DNA of 25,690 nucleotides from Thermoanaerobaculia bacterium (GCA_036403495.1 DASWQX010000043.1:1-25690); one strand, 5' to 3'; positions 17,795 through 25,531 are shown, counted from the stretch's first letter. Translations and numbers: made by a program. The notes: generated by a model from the sequence alone, not told the origin.

Positions 17795-17832
17795 GCGTGC
17801 CCTGGAGACAGCCCCCAAAAAGCGGGAAATCG

Positions 17833-17843
17833 ACTGTACCACA
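17833..17843 (-). promoter_or_regulatory. Extended -10 element upstream of the SprT-like gene
   Basis: Minus strand TGTGGTACAGT (TGnTACAGT), 38 nt upstream of ATG 17794. Confidence 0.45.
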
Positions 17844-17930
17844 GCGCTCCATCCCGTCCTCCACCTCTTTTCTCTCCCGGATTGTCCCATTCTCTCTGTT
17901 TTTTCCCGATCTCGTCCGATCCTGCCCCTT

Positions 17931-18030
17931 GATCTCCGAGAAAGCCCCAAAATCAATGAGAAAGCCCGATGAGCTCTGAGAAAGTCCGAAAAGCATCGGA
18001 AATGTCCCGGAATCTCTGGAAAAGCCCGGC
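17931..18030. repeat. Degenerate tandem array, 5 x 20 bp, non-coding
   Basis: Units gatctccgagaaagccccaa / aatcaatgagaaagcccgat / gagctctgagaaagtccgaa / aagcatcggaaatgtcccgg / aatctctggaaaagcccggc; 8 of 20 positions invariant; weaker in-phase copies extend to about 17871. Confidence 0.8.
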
Positions 18031-18048
18031 TCCGGATGTCTGGGGCCC

Positions 18049-19047
18049 TCAGGCGATCAACCAGCGTTCGCCCACCGCCATCGTCCGCACCGGTGCGGGA
18101 TCGGCGCCGGCGGCTTCCAGGACCTGCGCCAGCGCCTTGGGCGCGAGATCCACCGGCTCGTCCGTGAGATCGAAGCACCCCCAGTGCATGGGGATCATCG
18201 TCCGCGCGCCGAGGTCGAGGAACGCCTGGTAGGCCTCCGCGGGGTCGGCGTGCTGGGGGCGCATGAACCAGCGGGGCTCGTAGGCGCCGATGGGGAGGAA
18301 GGCGACGTCGATCGGTGGGAACCGCCGCCCGATCTCGCGGAAGCCCTGGTAATAGCCGGAGTCGCCGGCGAAATAGTAGCGCCGGGTCCCGGAGTCGAGG
18401 AGCCAGGACCCCCAGAGGGTGGAGTTGCGGGGCATGCCGAAGCGGTTCGACCAGTGCTGGACCGGCAGGAAGGTGAGGGTCCAGCGGCCGTGGCGGACGC
18501 TCTGCCACCAGTCGAGCTCCACCGCCTGCCGCCCCCGCTCGCGGAGGAACCCGGCGAGCCCCAGGGGAACGAACCAGGGCATCGCCGCCGGCAGATGGCG
18601 GACGCTCCAGTCGTCCAGGTGGTCGTAGTGGTTGTGCGAGAGCACGGCGAAGGCGTCGGCCGGCACCGCCTCCAGGGGGATGCCCGGCGGGCTCTTCCGC
18701 TTGGGGAGCAGCGCCCGCGCGCCGAAGTGGGGGTCGGTCAGGAACACCTCGCCGCCGTCCTGGACCGCGAACGTGGAGTGCCCCACCCAGGACACCGAAT
18801 CGGGCGCCCCCCGGTCCTTCAGATAGGCGCCGTCGTTGGCCACCACCGGAATGTCGAGCGGAGCGCTTTTGTCGTACTGCTTCTTCCCTCCGCCGAACTT
18901 CCACCGCAGCAGATCGGTGAACCGGCTCTTGAACGGCGCCCAGGGATTGAAGAAGTTGCCGGGCTCGCCGTGTGGGGCGTGGAGGAGGTCGGGGGAGTCG
19001 AGTTTTTCAGTCGTCGGAATGCTGGTAGAATGCCCAAGGAGGTGCAA
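18049..19047 (-). CDS. MBL-fold metallo-hydrolase, NAPE-PLD/RomA-like
   Basis: WVGHST, TDPHF, VLSHNHYDHLD, PVQHWS, AGDSGY, PIGAYEPRWFM, PMHWG. Start codon uncertain. Confidence 0.9.
   Translation of the reverse strand: MHLLGHSTSIPTTEKLDSPDLLHAPHGEPGNFFNPWAPFKSRFTDLLRWKFGGGKKQYDKSAPLDIPVVANDGAYLKDRGAPDSVSWVGHSTFAVQDGGEVFLTDPHFGARALLPKRKSPPGIPLEAVPADAFAVLSHNHYDHLDDWSVRHLPAAMPWFVPLGLAGFLRERGRQAVELDWWQSVRHGRWTLTFLPVQHWSNRFGMPRNSTLWGSWLLDSGTRRYYFAGDSGYYQGFREIGRRFPPIDVAFLPIGAYEPRWFMRPQHADPAEAYQAFLDLGARTMIPMHWGCFDLTDEPVDLAPKALAQVLEAAGADPAPVRTMAVGERWLIA
19023..19043 (+). promoter_or_regulatory. Extended -10 plus strong SD for the ATPase cassette
   Basis: TGGTAGAAT (19023-19031) and AAGGAGGT (19036-19043), 8 nt before ATG 19052. 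Confidence 0.55.
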
Positions 19048-19051
19048 TGGA

Positions 19052-20383
19052 ATGATCCCGGCCGATCTCCTGGAGAATCAGAACCCTTGGTGGCGCGACG
19101 GAGCGGCCCGCCGGGCCAGAGAATACCCCGTCCGGAGAGATCTTCAGCCGAGAGTCCTCGACCAGATCCAGGAAGCCGAGAACCGCCGGGCATTGGTGCT
19201 CCTGGGGCCTCGGCAAGTGGGAAAGACAGTCCTTCTGCTGCAACTCGCGGATGACCTGCTCGACGCCGGCTGGCCGCCGCAGAACCTGACGTATTTCGAC
19301 TTCTCGGACGAGAGGTTGACGGGCGGGGAAGCGGTCACGGCGCGGGATATCGTCGACCATCGGCCGATGGGAACCGATCCGTCCCACCCCCAGGCCTTTT
19401 TGCTCGACGAGATCGGAAGCTCCCCGAACTGGGACCGCTGGCTGAAGCAGGCGGTCGACTCGCGCATCGGCCGGATCGTCGTCACAGATTCCGCTGCGAG
19501 CCTGCTGCGGCAAGGATCGCGCGAGTCGGGTCAGGGCCGGTGGAACGAGCTCTATATCGAAGGGCTCTCCTTTCGAGAATTCGTCCGCTTCCATACCAGC
19601 CCGGATGAAGGGATCGAGGCGCCGCCGCGGATCGAAATCCTGTACGGACGCTACCTGACTCTTGGAGGCTTCCCCGAATATGTCTTGAGCCTGGCCGTGC
19701 CGGAGGCCCTGAGACTCCTCCGCAGCGACATCGCGGAACGGGCGGTTGAGCGGGATCTGGGCCGACTGGGGCTGGATGTGCAGCGGGTCAAGGATCTCTT
19801 CGTCTTTATCGTCCGAGAATCGGGAGGAGAATTCAACGTCGAGGCCCGGGCAAGCGATCTTCAAGCCGACCCGCGATCCGTGCGCGATTGGGTCTCCCGA
19901 TTGGGCGATACTCTACTCATCTCGCCCCTTGAGCGGTCGATCTCCCGGTCGTCCGCAGGGCTGAGAGCCAGGACCAAATGGTTCGCGGCCGATCCCGGTC
20001 TGGTTCTCGCCTTCGCGCGCCTTTCACCGGAGGATCGCGAAGTCCAGGCTGCGGTGTTCGAGGCGGCGGTCTTCCGTCATCTTCGCGAAGTCTCCCGAGA
20101 GGTCGACGGGCGGCTGAGCTATTTCCGCCACAAGGACGACCTGGAGATCGATTTCGTTTTCGAAACCGCCGACGCCCCTTCGATCGGGATCGAGGTTACG
20201 AGCAGTCAGCGGTTGCGGCCCGACAAGCTGGCGCGGCTGCTCAAGGCTGGCAAGATCCTGAAGCCGGGCAGGCTGATTCTGGTGTACGGTGGCCTGACGG
20301 AGGATTGGGTGGAGGGCGTCCATGTTCTACCCCTTCAGAAATTCCTGCTGGACCCCGCCGCCTTTTTGAGGTCCGTGCGATGA
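19052..20383 (+). CDS. ATP-binding protein, AAA_14 + winged helix + DUF4143 (restriction-endonuclease-like C-terminus)
   Basis: NQNPWW N-terminus, Walker A GPRQVGKT, Walker B LLDEI, LSFREF, YLTLGGFPE, KWFAADPGL, FEAAV, EIDFV...IEVT. Confidence 0.88.
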   Translation: MIPADLLENQNPWWRDGAARRAREYPVRRDLQPRVLDQIQEAENRRALVLLGPRQVGKTVLLLQLADDLLDAGWPPQNLTYFDFSDERLTGGEAVTARDIVDHRPMGTDPSHPQAFLLDEIGSSPNWDRWLKQAVDSRIGRIVVTDSAASLLRQGSRESGQGRWNELYIEGLSFREFVRFHTSPDEGIEAPPRIEILYGRYLTLGGFPEYVLSLAVPEALRLLRSDIAERAVERDLGRLGLDVQRVKDLFVFIVRESGGEFNVEARASDLQADPRSVRDWVSRLGDTLLISPLERSISRSSAGLRARTKWFAADPGLVLAFARLSPEDREVQAAVFEAAVFRHLREVSREVDGRLSYFRHKDDLEIDFVFETADAPSIGIEVTSSQRLRPDKLARLLKAGKILKPGRLILVYGGLTEDWVEGVHVLPLQKFLLDPAAFLRSVR

Positions 20384-21576
20384 GCGTTCCTCTCAGCAAG
20401 GAAGAGGGTTTCGATCCGAACCTCATGGACCGGCGGGCGCTGGAGACTCCCGGGATCATCGCCCGAGAGGCGGTCGCCAGGCTGAATTCCGGAGGGGGCG
20501 TAATCCGGATCGGCTTGTGGGATGGGGCCCGCCCTGCGATGGACGCGCCGGAAGCGGCCTGGGAGGGGCGGACGCTTGCGAACTACCTGGCGGATACCAT
20601 CGAGCCGTCGCCAGCGAGAGGAGAGCTCCTGGTGGAGGCTCAGGGCAACAGGGAGTCTCTGGCTTTGCGCCTGACCTTGCGGCCGGAGGGGAAGCGCGGC
20701 CCCTATGCATTCCTCGAGGGCGGGGGACGGCATTTTCTGGTCCGCCACGGTGGCCATACCCGTTGGATGCATCGAGGCGAGATTTTCGGAGATACGTGTG
20801 AGGACCTGACGCAGGACCGGGCGGCTGTCCAGGCGCTCCTGACGGAAGAGAAGGAGCGGCAGGAGGAGGTCCAGCGCGACGGCGGCGATCTCTGGTGGCT
20901 TCGCCTGCAGCCTGCCAGAAGCCTTGATCTCGATCTGGCGGCGATCGAAGAGAGCGACCTCCTCATCGATCCCCGCGCAAGTGGCAATCGCCCGGCCGGA
21001 TTCGTCGCCTTCGCCGCGCTGGCCGGCTTCAGCCCGAGGGTGGTCCGCGATACCTCCGGCAAGGCGAGCCTTGACGTAGGCAGGAAGGAGAACACCTTCC
21101 TGAGGATCTTTGAGGACGGGGGGATTTCGTTTACCGCGCCTCTCATTGATTTCTGGTGGCCGTCCCGCCGCCCAGACGATCCGCAGAGGATGTTCTTTCC
21201 GGATGCAATCCTGGAGTACCCGATCTCCGTCTTCCGGCTTGCGGCGCAAATCTATCGGCGATCACCTCTTTGGGCCGGAGAGGGGCCGGATGAGACGGAT
21301 CTGGTGGTTCATATGGCAGTTTTCAACTGCAAAGGATGGTCCCTGCGCCCCGGCTCGCCTCGCCGATGGACCTTCCGTCCTCCCGAGGCCGTGACCTTCA
21401 CGAAGGGGGATGATTTCGTCCTGGAGAAACCGCTGGTGTTCCCCTTGAGGGAAATGGAAAACCCGGATGTTTGCGGTGTTCGCCTGTTGCAGAGGTTCTA
21501 CGAGGCCTTTGGGTTTTCGAGAGCGCAGATGCCTGCGGAAATCGATCGAAAGACGGGCCTGCTGAACCTGCCCTAG
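20380..21576 (+). CDS. Schlafen/AlbA_2-like domain protein with uncharacterised C-terminal domain
   Basis: IAREAVARLNSGGGVIRIG, DTIEP and PYAF...GRHFLVRHG...MHRGEI follow the AlbA_2 pattern (A..N..GG.I.IG ... PY ... R.G ... M...E); ATGA overlap with the ATPase. Confidence 0.7.
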   Translation: MSVPLSKEEGFDPNLMDRRALETPGIIAREAVARLNSGGGVIRIGLWDGARPAMDAPEAAWEGRTLANYLADTIEPSPARGELLVEAQGNRESLALRLTLRPEGKRGPYAFLEGGGRHFLVRHGGHTRWMHRGEIFGDTCEDLTQDRAAVQALLTEEKERQEEVQRDGGDLWWLRLQPARSLDLDLAAIEESDLLIDPRASGNRPAGFVAFAALAGFSPRVVRDTSGKASLDVGRKENTFLRIFEDGGISFTAPLIDFWWPSRRPDDPQRMFFPDAILEYPISVFRLAAQIYRRSPLWAGEGPDETDLVVHMAVFNCKGWSLRPGSPRRWTFRPPEAVTFTKGDDFVLEKPLVFPLREMENPDVCGVRLLQRFYEAFGFSRAQMPAEIDRKTGLLNLP

Positions 21577-21616
21577 TCGTCGTCAACAGGAGCCCTCCGT
21601 CACCCGAAGATCTCCT

Positions 21617-22000
21617 TCAGCCTTTTTTCCCGAAGGCGGCGCGGATCTCCTCCATCCGTTTCCGGTTCACCCCGAAGTCCTTGCGCCCCAGGCGCGAAGC
21701 GGAGCGGAAGTCGATCCGCTTGGCCCCGTCGTCGAAGACGAGCTCGACGTCGTCGACGAAACGGAAGAGCGCCGACCGGCACTCCGCTTTGAGGTAAAGC
21801 GGATCCTCGCGCACGATCCGGGTCCGTGGGTAATCGCGTAAGATCTGCAACACTCTCGCGCGGGCGGCGGCGAGCGGTCCGGTGTAGGGGATCGGCTCCA
21901 TGTGCTGCGGCCCCGCGGGGCCTTGCGTCGAGACGCAGTTCGGGGTGCGCGGACAGGGAGCGAGGCGCGGCGGCTGGGCGGGGAGAGGCATGAGGGGCAT
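21617..22000 (-). CDS. DUF1499 domain protein (short form)
   Basis: LAPCPRTPNCVS, YLKAEC, FRFVDDVE, IDFRSASRLG..DFGVNRKR. Confidence 0.9.
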   Translation of the reverse strand: MPLMPLPAQPPRLAPCPRTPNCVSTQGPAGPQHMEPIPYTGPLAAARARVLQILRDYPRTRIVREDPLYLKAECRSALFRFVDDVELVFDDGAKRIDFRSASRLGRKDFGVNRKRMEEIRAAFGKKG

Positions 22001-22066
22001 TGTAGGCCGCTTCCGCGCGCTCCTGCTCTATCATCTGCGCTCCGGTCGGAAGGAGAGGGAAACGCC

Positions 22067-23524
22067 ATGCTGATGTTGGACGCCGAGACCAGGACCGAGC
22101 TCTGGAGCCGCCTGGTGGAGGCGATCGAGACCTATCTGAACGGGGTGGGCGAGGCGCGGGTGGCGCCGGCGCTCGACGTCGAGGCAATGCGGGGAGCGCT
22201 CGGGGCCTTCGACTTCGAGCGGCCGATGCCCCCCCTGGAGGCGCTCGACTTCGCGGTGGAGAGCCTCTGGAAGTGGCAGGTCCACACCCCGCACCCGCGC
22301 TACTTCGGGCTGTTCAACCCGGCGCCGACGACGATGGGCATCGCCGGCGACGCCCTGGTGGCCGCCTTCAACCCGCAGCTCGCGGCCTGGAGCCACAGCC
22401 CGATGGCGGCCGAGATCGAGCAGCACCTGATCCGGGCCTTAAGCGAGCGCTTCGGCTTCGATCCGGGCAAGGTGGAGGGCACCTTCACCTCCGGCGGCGC
22501 GGAGGCCAACCACACGGCGCTGCTGACGGCCCTCACCCGCGCCTTCCCCGAGATCGGCCGCCGCGGCCTGCGCGCCCTGCGCAGCCAGCCGGTGCTCTAC
22601 GTCTCGCCCGAGGCCCATGACTCCTTCCTCAAGGCGGCCCGCCTCTGCGGCCTCGGCACCGAGTCGGTGCGCGAGGTGCGGGTGGACTCCTCGCTGCGGA
22701 TGATCCCGGGGGAGCTGGCCGACCGCATCGCCGAGGACCGCGCCGAGGGGTGCGCGCCCTTCCTGGTGGTCGCCACCGTGGGCTCGACCAGCGCCGGCGC
22801 GGTCGATCCGGTGGCCGGGATCGCCCAGGTGGCCGAGGAGGTGGGGGGACTCTGGCTGCATGTCGACGCGGCCTGGGGGGGAGCGGCGGCGCTGGTCCCG
22901 GAGCTGCGGTCGCTCCTCGACGGCGTGGCGCGCGCCGACTCGCTCACCTTCGACGCCCACAAGTGGCTCTCGGTGCCGATGGGCGCCGGCATGTACCTCA
23001 CCCGTCACCCCGGCATCCTCGAGCGCACCTTCCGGGTGGCGGCGGGCTACATGCCGCGCGAGGGCGTCGTGCTGCCGGTGGCGGACCCCTACGCGCACTC
23101 GATGCAGTGGTCCAGGCGGTTCATCGGCCTCAAGCTCTTCCTCTCGCTGGCGGTCGCCGGCTGGGCGGGGTACGAAGAGGCCATCCGCCGGCAGACGGCC
23201 ATGGGAGACCGCCTGCGCGAGCGGCTCGTGGCCGAGGGGTGGACGATCGTCAACGACACGCCGCTGCCGGTGGTCTGCTTCGTGGATGACAGCCGCGCGG
23301 GGCGCGACGGGCGCTCGGCGGCGTTCCTCGAAGCGGTGGCGGCGGACGTCGTGGGCTCCGGGGAGGCCTGGATCAGCACGGTGGCGCTGGGCGAGGCGGG
23401 CCCCGCCCTGCGCGCCTGCATCACCAACTACCGGACGGGGCCGGAGGACGTCGACGCCCTGGTCGCGTCCCTCGCCCGGGCGCGATCGCGGCAGGCGCAG
23501 GCCGAAGGCGAGGAGGAAAGCTGA
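22067..23524 (+). CDS. Group II PLP-dependent amino acid decarboxylase (Ddc/AADC-like)
   Basis: HPRYFG, GTFTSGGAEAN, VATVGSTSAGAVD, LHVDAAWGG, FDAHKW (PLP Lys), QWSRRF..LKL; AGGAG/AGGGA SD upstream of ATG 22067. Confidence 0.92.
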   Translation: MLMLDAETRTELWSRLVEAIETYLNGVGEARVAPALDVEAMRGALGAFDFERPMPPLEALDFAVESLWKWQVHTPHPRYFGLFNPAPTTMGIAGDALVAAFNPQLAAWSHSPMAAEIEQHLIRALSERFGFDPGKVEGTFTSGGAEANHTALLTALTRAFPEIGRRGLRALRSQPVLYVSPEAHDSFLKAARLCGLGTESVREVRVDSSLRMIPGELADRIAEDRAEGCAPFLVVATVGSTSAGAVDPVAGIAQVAEEVGGLWLHVDAAWGGAAALVPELRSLLDGVARADSLTFDAHKWLSVPMGAGMYLTRHPGILERTFRVAAGYMPREGVVLPVADPYAHSMQWSRRFIGLKLFLSLAVAGWAGYEEAIRRQTAMGDRLRERLVAEGWTIVNDTPLPVVCFVDDSRAGRDGRSAAFLEAVAADVVGSGEAWISTVALGEAGPALRACITNYRTGPEDVDALVASLARARSRQAQAEGEEES

Positions 23525-23543
23525 GGGCCGGGAGGAAAGCTGA
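23512..23543 (+). repeat. 13-bp direct repeat GGAGGAAAGCTGA x2
   Basis: Copies at 23512-23524 and 23531-23543, 6 bp apart; the first contains the decarboxylase stop. Confidence 0.75.
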
Positions 23544-23675
23544 TACAGTCATCAACCCTCGGACTGTCCCGCCTGCGGCGTTTTCCGCACTTAAGACAGG
23601 GAACGGTTCCAGGCGAGCGGGGCGCAGTATCTCGATCCCGTCGGCAGCGAATCAAAGACCAGAGGAGACGCACCC

Positions 23676-23921
23676 ATGAGCTGGGAAGAGAAAGAAGACA
23701 CCACGATCTACAAGGTGGTGGTGAACCACGAGGAACAGTACTCTATCTGGCCGGCCCACCGCGAGAACCCCCTGGGTTGGAACGACGTCGGCAAATCCGG
23801 CCCCAAGGCCGAGTGCCTCGAGTACATCAAGGAAGTCTGGACGGACATGCGTCCCCTGTCCCTGCGCAAGAAGATGGAAGAGATGGAGCGCTCCCGGCAG
23901 GCGGGCACCGAAGCCAACTAG
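23676..23921 (+). CDS. mbtH: MbtH-like protein (NRPS adenylation-domain activator)
   Basis: [36 protein letters not shown] with the three conserved Trp; SD GAGGAG. Confidence 0.97.
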   Translation: MSWEEKEDTTIYKVVVNHEEQYSIWPAHRENPLGWNDVGKSGPKAECLEYIKEVWTDMRPLSLRKKMEEMERSRQAGTEAN

Positions 23922-23942
23922 CCGCCTGGAGGCAACCCTATC

Positions 23943-24725
23943 TTGAGACCGAGCAGCAACGCTCCGGAGCGGTGGCTGGCCTACCGCGACGTGAATCCGC
24001 GCGCGAAGATGCGTATGTTCTGCTTTCCCTACGCGGGAGGCGGCGCCTCGATCTACCGGGGATGGGGCGCGTCCCTGCCCACCGACGTCGAGGTCTGCCC
24101 GGTGCAGATCCCCGGCCGCGAGAGCCGGCTGCGGGAGCCCGGCTTCGCCGAGCCCGGACCGATGGTCCAGGCGATCGCCGACGCCCTCGCTCCCTACATG
24201 GACCTGCCGTTCGTGTTCTTCGGCCACAGCATGGGCGCCATGATCGCCTTCGAGCTGGCGCGGGAGCTCCGCCGCCGGGGGCGCACGCAGCCGCTGCACC
24301 TCTTCGTCTCCGGCCGCCGAGCGCCGCAGCTACCGGCGCGCGAGGAGCCGATCCACGCGCTCCCCGAGGCCGAGTTCATCGGCAAGCTCCGCGAGCTCAA
24401 CGGCACGCCGGAGGAGGTGCTCCAGCACGAGGAGCTGATGAAGCTGATCACTCCCATCCTGCGCGCCGACTTCTCGGTCAACGAGACCTACGAGTTCACC
24501 GAGGAGGCGCCGCTCGACGCCGGGATCTCCGCCTTCGGCGGCCTGGGCGACGCCGAGGTCACCCGCGAGGACCTGGAGGCCTGGAAGGTGGACACCCGCG
24601 GCCGGTTCCGGCTGCGGATGCTGCCGGGCGATCACTTCTTCATCAACAGCAACAAGGACCTCATCCTCGAATCCGTCGCGCGCGACCTCGCCGAGGTCTC
24701 CGCCGCGCCCGCTCCCCGCTGGTGA
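23943..24725 (+). CDS. Type II thioesterase (GrsT-like)
   Basis: FCFPYAGGGAS, VQIPGRESR, FFGHSMGA (GxSxG), LRADF, GDHFF; TTG start after GGAGG. Confidence 0.93.
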   Translation: MRPSSNAPERWLAYRDVNPRAKMRMFCFPYAGGGASIYRGWGASLPTDVEVCPVQIPGRESRLREPGFAEPGPMVQAIADALAPYMDLPFVFFGHSMGAMIAFELARELRRRGRTQPLHLFVSGRRAPQLPAREEPIHALPEAEFIGKLRELNGTPEEVLQHEELMKLITPILRADFSVNETYEFTEEAPLDAGISAFGGLGDAEVTREDLEAWKVDTRGRFRLRMLPGDHFFINSNKDLILESVARDLAEVSAAPAPRW

Positions 24726-25477
24726 CCGGCTTCCCTCCTCGCTCGGCCGCGGCCGGCCTCGCGCTGGAGCCCGGCGAGATCCACGTCTGGTCGATCCGCC
24801 TCGATCCGCCCGCTCCTGAGGTCGAGCGGCTGGGGCGCTTCCTCGCCGCCGACGAGTGGGAGCGCGCCAACCGCTTCCGCTTCGACAAGCACCGCCGGCA
24901 GTACGTGGTCGGGCGCGGCGCCCTGCGGAGCCTGCTCGCGGGCTACCTGGGAGGGCCGCCGAAGATGACGCCGGAGGCGATCCGCTTCCGCTACGGCCCC
25001 CGCGGCAAGCCCTTCCTGGAGGCGCCGCTCGACGCTGGCGGCCTCGAGTTCAACCTCTCGAACTCGGACGAGCTGGCGCTGGCCGCCTTCGTGACCGGCC
25101 GCGAGATCGGCGTCGACGTCGAGTTTCGCCGCCCGATGCCCGACTGCGAGCAGATCTCCGAGCGCTTCTTCTCGGAGAGCGAGCGGAAGGTGCTGCGGGA
25201 GATGCCCGGTCCGGTCAAGGAGGAGACCTTCTTCAACTGCTGGACGCGGAAGGAGGCCTACCTCAAGGCGGTGGGCGAGGGGCTGGCGGCGCCGCTCGAC
25301 TCCTTCGACGTCACCCTGGCGCCGGGAGATCCGCCGCGCATGCTCACCCTCGAAGGGGACGTCGCCCGCGCCGCCCGTTGGTTCTTCCACCATCTGGTGC
25401 CGGCGGAGCAGTACCTCGGCGCCGTCGCCATCGAGGGGGAGACGTGGGAGGTGAAGACGTGGAGCTTCGCACCCTGA
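24722..25477 (+). CDS. Sfp-type 4'-phosphopantetheinyl transferase
   Basis: EIHVW, YGPRGKP, FNLSNS, IGVDVE, FFNCWTRKEAYLKAVGEGL; GTG start overlapping the TE stop. Confidence 0.93.
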   Translation: MTGFPPRSAAAGLALEPGEIHVWSIRLDPPAPEVERLGRFLAADEWERANRFRFDKHRRQYVVGRGALRSLLAGYLGGPPKMTPEAIRFRYGPRGKPFLEAPLDAGGLEFNLSNSDELALAAFVTGREIGVDVEFRRPMPDCEQISERFFSESERKVLREMPGPVKEETFFNCWTRKEAYLKAVGEGLAAPLDSFDVTLAPGDPPRMLTLEGDVARAARWFFHHLVPAEQYLGAVAIEGETWEVKTWSFAP

Positions 25478-25508
25478 AGGCAGACCCTTGGGAGTCCCCC
25501 GCCCTCCT

Positions 25509-25531
25509 GGGACCGCCGGCGTCCCGCCGGC
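25509..25531. repeat. REP-like GC-rich element GGGACCGCCGGCGTCCCGCCGGC
   Basis: Intergenic, two GCCGGC self-complementary hexamers. It resembles dispersed REP-like elements; copy number cannot be checked in this window. Confidence 0.35.

Noticed and set aside
17751-17996. 81-aa minus-strand ORF across the array
   Set aside because: The 20-bp period is incompatible with a coding repeat, it overlaps the SprT start, and it shows no motif or coding bias.
17931-18030. CRISPR interpretation of the 20-bp array
   Set aside because: Units are contiguous and degenerate, with no unique spacers and no cas genes.
19030-21616. Target-site duplication or att sites around the ATPase/Schlafen cassette
   Set aside because: Only CAAGGAG versus CAGGAG similarity; no convincing direct or inverted repeats and no integrase or transposase.
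23590-23630. AGGGAACGGTTCC resembling a cobalamin riboswitch core
   Set aside because: The GGTG-AA-TCC, GCCCCCGC-ACTGT and B12-box elements are missing in the right order.
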